Origin: Paraconexibacteraceae bacterium
GTDB lineage: Bacteria; Actinomycetota; Thermoleophilia; Solirubrobacterales; Solirubrobacteraceae
Length of the DNA stretch: 64,000 nt
NCBI GenBank assembly: GCA_963727365.1
Contig: CAVSFU010000009.1
Coordinates: 253,853 to 317,852, forward strand
Direction: 5' to 3'
Part shown: positions 27,023 through 34,559 of the stretch, one piece after another
How positions within the stretch are numbered: position 1 is the first letter of the stretch
How the letters are laid out: every line of letters starts with the position of its first letter
Translations under genes and position numbers: made by a program
Notes under the pieces: model-generated
Database searches by the model: none
Told to the model about the DNA's origin: nothing
What the model saw: only the letters and a program-made list of their open reading frames with translations

Positions 27023-27405
27023 TACATCGCCGCGCCCGCGGCGCGTGTCTCGCGCTCGACGAGCTCGGCGATCGTGATCTTGCCGAGCACCTCGCGGGCC
27101 GCGGCGGCGGCTTCCTCGAAGACGCCCTCGGCGTCGCGGCCGAGCGGGCCGTCGAGCAGCTCGATGATCTCGAGCACGGTGATCGTCGACGGGTCGCGGC
27201 CGAACGAGTAGCCGCCCTTCACCCCGCGCTGGGACTTCAGGACACCCGCGCGGCGCAGCGTCGCGAAGAGCTGCTCGAGGAACTGGACGGGGATGTCGCG
27301 GCGGCGGGCGAGCTCGCCGATCGGCACCGGCCCGGGCTCGCCGGAGCGCCCCAGCTCAGTGAGCGCTTTGACGGCGTAAGGGCTCTTGGTCGTGATCGAC
27401 AGCAT
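27013..27405 (-). CDS. Rrf2-family transcriptional regulator.
   Basis: It reads MLSITTKSPYAVKALTELG...PIGELARRRDIPVQFLEQLFATLRRAGVLKSQRGVKGGY. Confidence 0.88.
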   Translation of the reverse strand: MLSITTKSPYAVKALTELGRSGEPGPVPIGELARRRDIPVQFLEQLFATLRRAGVLKSQRGVKGGYSFGRDPSTITVLEIIELLDGPLGRDAEGVFEEAAAAAREVLGKITIAELVERETRAAGAAMYYI

Positions 27406-27428
27406 CGTCCTAGGGTGTCGACCACTGT

Positions 27429-27770
27429 ATGGCAACTCTCGGCCGCTTCGCCCCGCCGATCGCCCTCATGGGGCTGATCTTCTACCTCTCCGCCCAACCC
27501 GATCTCAACAGCGGCCTGGGCACGCTCGACACGATCCTGCGCAAGGGCGCGCACATGGCCGAATACGGCGTGCTGTTCCTGCTCTGGCGCCGCGCGACGG
27601 GCAACTCAGCGCTTGCGGCTGCGATCGCGCTCGGCTATGCCGCAACCGACGAGTACCACCAGACGTTCGTCGACGGCAGGCACGGCAGCGCGGTCGACTG
27701 GGCGATCGACGCCACCGGCGTCGCGCTCGCCGCCGCAGCGGTTAGAGCCAGCCGCGCTCGGTCGCGATGA
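27429..27770 (+). CDS. VanZ-family membrane protein.
   Basis: It reads LMGLIFYLSAQP...KGAHMAEYGVLFLLW...YAATDEYHQTFVDGRHGSAVDWAIDATG. Confidence 0.8.
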   Translation: MATLGRFAPPIALMGLIFYLSAQPDLNSGLGTLDTILRKGAHMAEYGVLFLLWRRATGNSALAAAIALGYAATDEYHQTFVDGRHGSAVDWAIDATGVALAAAAVRASRARSR

Positions 27771-28812
27771 GCACGGCCTGCGCGCGGTCCACGGCGCCGA
27801 CCTTGCCGTAGATGTTGTGCAGGTGCGTGCGCACCGTCGACGTCGACAGCGAGAGCTCCAGCGCGATCTGCTTGTAGACCTTGCCCTCGGCCAGGCGCTT
27901 GAGCACGTCGACCTCGCGCGCCGACAGCGGGCACGGGTCGATCTGGCGGGTGCGGCCCGAGCTGGGGTACGGCAGGTCGTACATCACCGAGCGCAGGTCG
28001 CTCGGCCCGAGGCCGATCGCGCGCGCGGTCTTCAGCAGCTCCGACGGCGCCACCGCGCCACCTTGTGCGTAGTGGGCAAGCATGTCCGCCAGCCGCACGA
28101 ACGCGGCCTCGCCGGTCGCGTCGTCGGCGTGGTGGCGCTCGATGACCGACGCGATCGACTTCGGCAGCCCCCAGCGGCGCGCGAGCACCCCGCCGACAAG
28201 CGCGTGATCGACGCCGAGCTCACGGCGCTCACGGTGGATGCGCTCCTCCGGCGTGCGCGCGCCCTCGTGGACCTTGGCCGGATAGCCGGCGTAGGCGTGC
28301 AGCAGCACGAGCTTGCCGATGTCGTGCAGCAGCGCGGTGACCATCAGGCGGTCGCGGTGCTCGTAGTTGGCCGCCGTGGCGAGGCGGTCGGCGGCGCGCT
28401 GGGTGGCGACGCCATGCAGGCGGAAGCGCTCGGGCGCCGCGTCCCACACAGCGGTGCGCTCGAAGAAGTCGAACGTCCGCGCACGCGTGGCAAGCGAAGC
28501 CACGGACTCGGGCGAGAGGACCTCGACGGCCTGCACGATCGACTCGACGCGGCCGCGGGACTTGCCCTCGAGCTGGTTTGCAAGCCGCAGGACGGCGATT
28601 ACGAGCGCGACATCGGACTCGACGGCGCCGACGACGTCGCTGACGGAGTGGCGCTCCGCGCTGACCACACGCAGCAGCCGGTTGCGTGACTCAGCCAGCG
28701 CCGGGAACGCCTCGAGGGCCTCGAACGCCGCCGTCAGACGGCGACCGTGGCCCTCGTTGTGGTGGCGGGCGACAGGCTGAGGGGCGGGCGACGGCACGGG
28801 CAGAGTGCTCAC
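27742..28812 (-). CDS. HDOD-domain protein fused to a LuxR/GerE-type HTH.
   Basis: The HDOD/HD-like part reads FPALAESRNRLL...ALLHDIGKLVLL...LGVDHALVGGVLARRWGLP..IERHH. The C-terminus reads LSAREVDVLKRLAEGKVYKQIALELSLSTSTVRTHLHNIYGKVG. Confidence 0.8.
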   Translation of the reverse strand: MSTLPVPSPAPQPVARHHNEGHGRRLTAAFEALEAFPALAESRNRLLRVVSAERHSVSDVVGAVESDVALVIAVLRLANQLEGKSRGRVESIVQAVEVLSPESVASLATRARTFDFFERTAVWDAAPERFRLHGVATQRAADRLATAANYEHRDRLMVTALLHDIGKLVLLHAYAGYPAKVHEGARTPEERIHRERRELGVDHALVGGVLARRWGLPKSIASVIERHHADDATGEAAFVRLADMLAHYAQGGAVAPSELLKTARAIGLGPSDLRSVMYDLPYPSSGRTRQIDPCPLSAREVDVLKRLAEGKVYKQIALELSLSTSTVRTHLHNIYGKVGAVDRAQAVLIATERGWL

Positions 28813-28850
28813 TTGTTGCCTATCGGCACTCCTGGACGGATGGTTGAGTG

Positions 28851-30179
28851 CTACTGCGGCAAAGCCGCATCGATGCGGCGCAGCGACTCATCTCGACCGA
28901 GCACCGCGAGCGTCTCGAAGATGCCGGGCGACACCGTCGTGCCCGCCAGCGCGACGCGAATCGGCTGGAAGACGTCCTTCGGCTTGGCGCCACGCGACTC
29001 CACGACGCCACGCAGCGCCGCGTCGATGCTTTCCACGTCGAACGGCTCGACCGCGGCCAGCGCGGCGCGCGCGTCGGCCAGCGCCGCGCGGTGCTCATCG
29101 GACGTCAGGAACTTCTCGCGCGCCTTGGCGTCGTCGCCCGGGCCGTCGTAGATGAAGCCGGCCAGCGGCCAGAAGTCCGCCAGCGTCTGGACCTTCTCCG
29201 CGCTGATCTCGACCGCCGGACCGAGCCCCGAGCGGCCGCTGTAGGCCTCGATCCGCGCCGTCAGCTCGTCGAGCGGCAGCTCGCGGATGTAGCGGCCGTT
29301 CATCCAGCGCAGCTTCTGCTCGTCGAAGCGCGCCGGGTTCTTCGCCACGCGCGTGATGTCGAAGCGCCGCACGAGCTCGTCGCGCGAGACGATCGTCTCG
29401 TCGTCGGTGTCGCCCCAGCCCAGCAGCGCGATGTAGTTGAGGACGGCCTCCGGCAGGTAGCCGGCGTCGCGCAGCTCCTGCACGGACGCCGCGCCGTGGC
29501 GCTTGGAGAGCTTCTTGCCGTCCGGCCCGTGCAGCAGCGGCAGGTGGGCAAAGCGTGGCGGCGTCGCGCCGAGCGCCTGGTAGACGAGCAGCTGCTTGGG
29601 CGTGTTGGACAGGTGGTCCTCGCCGCGCACGACGTCGGTGATCTCGGCGTCGAGGTCGTCGACGGCGACCGCGAAGTTGTAGAGCGCCGTCCCGTCCGCC
29701 CGTGCGATGACGGGGTCGTCGAGATGCGCGCCGCGGAACGTGGTGTCACCGCGGATCAGATCCTCGACGACGAGCTCGGCGTCATCGGGGACGCGCAAGC
29801 GCACGGCGCCGGAGTCCTCGGCCTCGCCGCGAAAGCCGGCGGCCGCGCCGTGGATCTCCTTGTAGGCCTTGACGTCGTCGGCAGTGGCGGCCGAGTGGTA
29901 CGCGTGACCGTCGGCCAGCAGCTGCGCGAGGACCTCGCCGTGGCGGTCGCCGCGGCTGACCTGCGAGATCGGGCCCTCGTCGTAGTCGAGCCCGAGCCAC
30001 TCGAGCGCGTCGAGGATCTGCGCGACGTTCTCAGGCGTCGAGCGCTCGCGGTCGGTGTCCTCGATGCGCAGCACCAGCGTCCCGCCGGTGTTGCGGGCCA
30101 TCAGCCAGTTGTAGAGCGCCGTGCGCGCGCCGCCGATGTGCAGCGCGCCGGTGGGGCTGGGAGCAAAGCGGACCCGCAT
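28851..30179 (-). CDS. gltX: Glutamate--tRNA ligase.
   Basis: It reads RVRFAPSPTGALHIGGARTALYNWL (HIGH motif), RIEDTD and KLSKRHG (KMSKS-like). Confidence 0.95.
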   Translation of the reverse strand: MRVRFAPSPTGALHIGGARTALYNWLMARNTGGTLVLRIEDTDRERSTPENVAQILDALEWLGLDYDEGPISQVSRGDRHGEVLAQLLADGHAYHSAATADDVKAYKEIHGAAAGFRGEAEDSGAVRLRVPDDAELVVEDLIRGDTTFRGAHLDDPVIARADGTALYNFAVAVDDLDAEITDVVRGEDHLSNTPKQLLVYQALGATPPRFAHLPLLHGPDGKKLSKRHGAASVQELRDAGYLPEAVLNYIALLGWGDTDDETIVSRDELVRRFDITRVAKNPARFDEQKLRWMNGRYIRELPLDELTARIEAYSGRSGLGPAVEISAEKVQTLADFWPLAGFIYDGPGDDAKAREKFLTSDEHRAALADARAALAAVEPFDVESIDAALRGVVESRGAKPKDVFQPIRVALAGTTVSPGIFETLAVLGRDESLRRIDAALPQ

Positions 30180-30204
30180 CGAGCGGCCACGCTAGCGTGA
30201 AGCC

Positions 30205-31068
30205 GTGCTCATCGGCGCCCACGTCTCCCCCGCCGGCGGTCCCGCCAAGGCCCTCGCGCGCGGCGAGGAGCTCGGCGCCCAGGCGATCCAGATCTTCAAC
30301 CAGAGCCCGCGGCAGTGGAAGCCGACGGTGTACAAGGAGGAGACGATCGCCGAGTACCACGAGGCGCTTGCGGACAGCAGCATCGAGTCGCTGCTGATCC
30401 ACGCCGTCTACCTGCTGAATCCCGGCAGCGACGACCCCGATTTCCGCGAGAAGACGCTGGAGTCGCTGGCCGCGTCGCTGCGCGCCGGCGACGCGCTCGG
30501 CGCCGACGCGGTGGTGCTGCACGCCGGCAGCGCGAAGACCGGCGACGTCGGCGAGGCGATCGCGCGCGCCGGCGAGCTGATCCGCGAGGCGCTGGCGGAG
30601 TCCGACCGCTGCCCGCTGCACCTGGAGAACACCGCGGGCGCCGGCGGCACCCTCGGGCGCTCGTTCGAGGAGCTCGCGGCGCTGTTCGACGCCAGCGGCG
30701 GCGACAAGCGCCTCGGCCTGTGCCTGGACTCCTGCCATCTGCTTGCCTCGGGCTACGACGTGCGCACGCCTGCGAAGCTCGCGGCGGTGCTGGACGAGTG
30801 CGACCGCGAGGTCGGCCTCGCGCGGCTTGGGTCGCTGCACTACAACGACTCGAAGGTCGCGCTCGGATCGAACGTCGACCGCCACGCCGTCACGGGCGAG
30901 GGCGAGATCGGCCTGAAGGGCACGCAGGTGTTCCTGTCGGAGCCGCGCTTCGACGGCCTCCCCTGTGTGCTCGAGACGCTCAGCGACGAGCGCGAGGACG
31001 TGCGCCTGTGCTGGGACCTGCGCAAGAAGGGCTTGGCCGCGCGCAAGCGCGCCGCTAAGCGGGCTTGA
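30205..31068 (+). CDS. nfo: Deoxyribonuclease IV (endonuclease IV).
   Basis: The sequences LIGAHVS, IQIFNQSPRQW, VLHAGS, HLENTAG, CLDSCH and NDSK are present. Confidence 0.92.
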   Translation: MLIGAHVSPAGGPAKALARGEELGAQAIQIFNQSPRQWKPTVYKEETIAEYHEALADSSIESLLIHAVYLLNPGSDDPDFREKTLESLAASLRAGDALGADAVVLHAGSAKTGDVGEAIARAGELIREALAESDRCPLHLENTAGAGGTLGRSFEELAALFDASGGDKRLGLCLDSCHLLASGYDVRTPAKLAAVLDECDREVGLARLGSLHYNDSKVALGSNVDRHAVTGEGEIGLKGTQVFLSEPRFDGLPCVLETLSDEREDVRLCWDLRKKGLAARKRAAKRA

Positions 31069-31684
31069 GCAGGACCTCGAGCGCGCGCTGCTTCGCCGCG
31101 TCTGAGGCCTTCTCCGCGGAGCCGCTGTCAAACGGCGGCTGCGGGTCGTACTCGATGCCGAGTTGAATCGCTTCGGCGATCTCCTGGCCGTGGACCTCGG
31201 CGGTCAGCGACAGCGCCATGTCGATCCCCGCCGACACGCCGGCGCCGCTGATGAACTTGCCGTCGAAGACGACGCGGTCGACGACGGGCTCGACATCCAG
31301 CGTGCGCAGGAACTCGCGCGCAGCCCAGTGTGTCGTCGCGCGGCGGCCGGCTGACACGCCAGCTTTGGCGTACACGAGCGCGCCGGTGCAGGCCGACGCC
31401 ATCCACGTCGCGCCCGGCTCGACGTCGCGCACCCACTGCAGCAGCGCCTCGTTGTCCAGCGGGCCGAGTGGCTTGCCGCTGCCCGGCATGACGACGACGT
31501 CGGGGTCGCGCAGTGTCTGCGGCGAGTCGGTCGGCAGCATCGCCAGCCCGCGGTCGGTCTTCACCGGGCCGTCGTTGGTCGCGAGGAAGTGGATCTCGGC
31601 GCCCGGCCATGCACTCATGACCTCGTAGGGACCGATCAGGTCGAGCGCGGTGAAGTCGTCGTAGAGGACGTAGGCGATCTTCAT
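31055..31684 (-). CDS. DJ-1/PfpI-family protein.
   Basis: It reads MKIAYVLYDDFTALDLIGPYEV...WMASACTGALVYAKAG...GAGVSAGIDMAL. Its ATG shares a base with the GntR stop. Confidence 0.85.
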   Translation of the reverse strand: MKIAYVLYDDFTALDLIGPYEVMSAWPGAEIHFLATNDGPVKTDRGLAMLPTDSPQTLRDPDVVVMPGSGKPLGPLDNEALLQWVRDVEPGATWMASACTGALVYAKAGVSAGRRATTHWAAREFLRTLDVEPVVDRVVFDGKFISGAGVSAGIDMALSLTAEVHGQEIAEAIQLGIEYDPQPPFDSGSAEKASDAAKQRALEVLLKPA

Positions 31685-32343
31685 CAGCGCAGCGTCGCAG
31701 ACTCGAGCGGCCGGCTCAGCAGGACGCCGGCAGCGAGCGCCGCGGCGTCCTCGTCCCCGCCCTCCAGCGCGGCGGCGAGCGCCTCGAGCTGGGCGTCGTC
31801 CTCGGGACCGGGCGTCAGCAGTGCGGCGAGCTGCTCGCGGCCCTCGAGCCCGGCCACGAGCGTGTTGAGGGCCAGGCGGTAGGCGATGTTGCCGGCGCCG
31901 TCGACGATCGCGCTCCAGAGCTGTTCGTGCACCGGCGTGCGGTCGGGCGCCTCGATCACCTCGCGCGCGAGCGCCGCGGCTGCCGCGCGTGTGCTGTCGG
32001 GTCCACGGCGCGCGCAGAGGCGTGCCGCGTCGACGCCGATGGAGGCGCGCATCTCGACGATCGCGCGCGCCAGCTGCGGTGCGAGCTCCTTCTCGCGCGC
32101 GAGGTCGATCAGCAGGTCCAGGCCGGCGTCCGCGCGCCAGTCGCGCACGCGCGTCGCGCCGCCCTGGGACACCTGCACCAGGCGCGCCTGCTGCAGGCGG
32201 TTGAGCGCCTCGCGAACGGCGTGGCGGTTCACCGACAGGCGCTCGGCGAGCTCGCGCTCTGAGGGCACGGCGTCTCCGGGCGCCAGCGCGCCGGTGAGGA
32301 TCTGCTCGCGCAGCTGCGCGTGGACGGAGTCGGAAAGGCGCAC
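31684..32343 (-). CDS. GntR-family (FadR-type) transcriptional regulator.
   Basis: It reads PSERELAERLSVNRHAVREALNRLQQARLVQVSQGGATRV, followed by an all-helical FCD-like C-terminus. Confidence 0.88.
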   Translation of the reverse strand: MRLSDSVHAQLREQILTGALAPGDAVPSERELAERLSVNRHAVREALNRLQQARLVQVSQGGATRVRDWRADAGLDLLIDLAREKELAPQLARAIVEMRASIGVDAARLCARRGPDSTRAAAAALAREVIEAPDRTPVHEQLWSAIVDGAGNIAYRLALNTLVAGLEGREQLAALLTPGPEDDAQLEALAAALEGGDEDAAALAAGVLLSRPLESATLR

Positions 32344-32362
32344 TTGCAGCGGCCCACGCTAG

Positions 32363-32397
32363 CTGGTACAACCAGTTCGTGCAACTGGTTGTACCAG
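32363..32397. promoter_or_regulatory. Perfect 15-5-15 inverted repeat. Each arm is itself a GntR-type CTGGT-N3-ACCAG box. Candidate GntR operator in the divergent promoter.
   Basis: The sequence is CTGGTACAACCAGTT-cgtgc-AACTGGTTGTACCAG. It ends 1 nt before the ATG at 32399 and lies 20 nt from the gntR start. Confidence 0.6.
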
Positions 32398-32398
32398 C

Positions 32399-33304
32399 AT
32401 GGTCGATCTGATCCTCGCGGCGATCCCGGCGTTCGTGCTGCTGCTGGCGGTCGAGTTCTTCACGCTGCGCGTCGCCCACCGCGACGAGCACGTGGGCTAC
32501 GAGCTGCGCGACAGCCGCACGAGCCTGACGATGGGGCTCGGCAACGTCTTCATCAACCTCTGGTGGAAGCTCGTGGTGCTCGCGATCCTCGCGGCGCTCT
32601 ACGAGCTCTCTCCCCTGCGCCTGGACGCCGGCGACTGGTGGGTCTGGGTACTGCTGTTCTTCGCGGACGACTACTCCTACTACTGGTACCACCGCGCCGG
32701 GCACCGCGTGCGGATCATGTGGGCCAGCCACGTCGTCCATCACTCCAGCGAGCACTACAACCTCTCCACGGCGCTGCGCCAGACCTGGACGCCGTTTCAG
32801 AGCGTGCTCTTCTGGGCGTGGATGCCGCTCGTCGGCTTCGCGCCGTGGATGATCCTGCTGGCCCAGAGCTGGAACCTGCTCTACCAGTTCTGGATCCACA
32901 CGGAGGCGATCGGCAAGCTCCCGCGCTGGTTCGAGGCGGTCTTCAACACGCCGAGCCACCACCGAGTGCATCACGGCTCACAGGCGCAGTACCTCGACAA
33001 GAACTACGCCGGGATCCTGATCCTGTTCGACCGCCTGCACCGGACGTTCGAGCCGGAGCGCGAGCGCGTGCGCTACGGGCTGACGACCAACATCGCCACG
33101 TTCAACCCCGTGCGCGTGGCGTTTCACGAGTACGCGTCGATCTGGCACGACGTACGCGGCGCGCGCACCTGGCGCGACCGCGCCGGCTACCTGCTGCGCG
33201 GACCCGGCTGGGCGCCAGCGTCAGACGACGTCGCTGGAGTAGAAGCGCAGCACCAGCAGCTTGCGCGGGTCGGCGGCGACGGTGCAGCGCAGCGCGCCGT
33301 CTGA
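32399..33304 (+). CDS. Fatty acid hydroxylase/sterol desaturase-family membrane diiron enzyme.
   Basis: It has the histidine boxes YWYHRAGH, HVVHHSSEHYN and HHRVHHG, plus TM segments. Confidence 0.85.
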   Translation: MVDLILAAIPAFVLLLAVEFFTLRVAHRDEHVGYELRDSRTSLTMGLGNVFINLWWKLVVLAILAALYELSPLRLDAGDWWVWVLLFFADDYSYYWYHRAGHRVRIMWASHVVHHSSEHYNLSTALRQTWTPFQSVLFWAWMPLVGFAPWMILLAQSWNLLYQFWIHTEAIGKLPRWFEAVFNTPSHHRVHHGSQAQYLDKNYAGILILFDRLHRTFEPERERVRYGLTTNIATFNPVRVAFHEYASIWHDVRGARTWRDRAGYLLRGPGWAPASDDVAGVEAQHQQLARVGGDGAAQRAV

Positions 33305-33368
33305 GCCGCGACCTGCCGCTGATCTCGAGCCCGTCGTCGCTGTGCCGATCCTGCCAGCATCGCTGGCC

Positions 33369-34559
33369 ATGGAGGAGATTCTCGGCGAGATCGACGACTT
33401 CATCGCGCGGGAGGTCGAGCCGCTCGAGCGCGAGCACCCGCAGTTCCTCGACCACCGCCGCGAGTTCGCGCGCACGGACGTCGAGCGCGACGGTGCCCCC
33501 ACCGCGGAGTGGGAGCAGCTGCTGCGCGAGGTGCGCCGGCGTGCTGACGCGGCGGGGCTGCTGCGCTTCGCGCTGCCCGCCGACCTGGGTGGGCGCGACG
33601 CGACGAACCTGCAGATGGCGATCGTGCGCGAGCACCTCAACCGCCGGCCGATCGGGTTGCACAACGACCCGCAGTCCGAGGCCTCGATCATCGGCAACTT
33701 CCCGACGGTGATCCTGCTGCACGAGTTCGGGACCGGCGCGCAGCGCGAGCTGATCGAGCCGTGCATCACGGGTGCGGCGGGCGTCGCGTTCGGGCTGACC
33801 GAGCCCAACCACGGCTCTGACGCCACGTACCTGGAGACGACCGCAGTGCGCGATGGCGACGAGTGGGTCATCAACGGGACCAAGCGCTTCAACACCGGGA
33901 TGCACGTGGCCAGCCACGACCTGGTGTTCGCGCGTACGTCGGGCGAGCCGGGTGAGCCGCGCGGGATCACGGCGTTCCTCGTCGAGCGCGAGGCGCTGGA
34001 GATCGAGATGTACTGGTGGACGCTGAACATGCCCTCAGATCACGCCGAGGTGCACCTCCGCGACGTCCGAGTCGGGGACGACGCGATCCTCGGCGAGGAG
34101 GGCCTCGGCCTCGCATTGGCGCAGCGCTTCGTCCACGAGAACCGGATCCGCCAGGCCGCCTCCTCGCTCGGGGCCGCCGTCTTCTGCGTGATCGAGGCCG
34201 CGCGCTACGCCAAGGGACGCGTCACGTGGGGCAAGCCGCTCTGGCGCAACCAGGCGATCCAGTTTCCGCTGGCCGAGCTCTGGACCGACTGCGAGCTGCT
34301 GCGCGGCCTGATCCACACGACGGCGTCCGAGCTCGACGCCGGTGAGATCACGCCGCACGTCGCGATGGTCAACTACCGCGCCAACCGCCTCGCCTGCGAG
34401 GCGGCCGATCGTGCGATCCAGGTCTGCGGCGGCATGGGTTACACGCGCCACATGCCCTTCGAGCACATCTACCGCCACCATCGCCGCTACCGCATCACCG
34501 AGGGCAGCGACGAGATCCAGCTGCGCAAGATCGCGCTGGATCTGTTCGGTGGGCTCTAG
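33369..34559 (+). CDS. Acyl-CoA dehydrogenase family protein.
   Basis: The sequences FGLTEPNHGSDAT, WVINGTKRFNTG, GGMGY and YRITEGSDEIQ are present. The ATG is placed at 33369 (MEEILGEIDDF). Confidence 0.88.
   Translation: MEEILGEIDDFIAREVEPLEREHPQFLDHRREFARTDVERDGAPTAEWEQLLREVRRRADAAGLLRFALPADLGGRDATNLQMAIVREHLNRRPIGLHNDPQSEASIIGNFPTVILLHEFGTGAQRELIEPCITGAAGVAFGLTEPNHGSDATYLETTAVRDGDEWVINGTKRFNTGMHVASHDLVFARTSGEPGEPRGITAFLVEREALEIEMYWWTLNMPSDHAEVHLRDVRVGDDAILGEEGLGLALAQRFVHENRIRQAASSLGAAVFCVIEAARYAKGRVTWGKPLWRNQAIQFPLAELWTDCELLRGLIHTTASELDAGEITPHVAMVNYRANRLACEAADRAIQVCGGMGYTRHMPFEHIYRHHRRYRITEGSDEIQLRKIALDLFGGL

Noticed and set aside
31055-32974. 639-aa minus-strand ORF spanning DJ-1, gntR and part of the desaturase gene.
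   Set aside because: Only the last 209 aa (from MKIAYVLYDD, 31684) have protein-like sequence. The upstream part is Arg/Ala-rich read-through in a frame different from gntR, and it is antisense to the desaturase.
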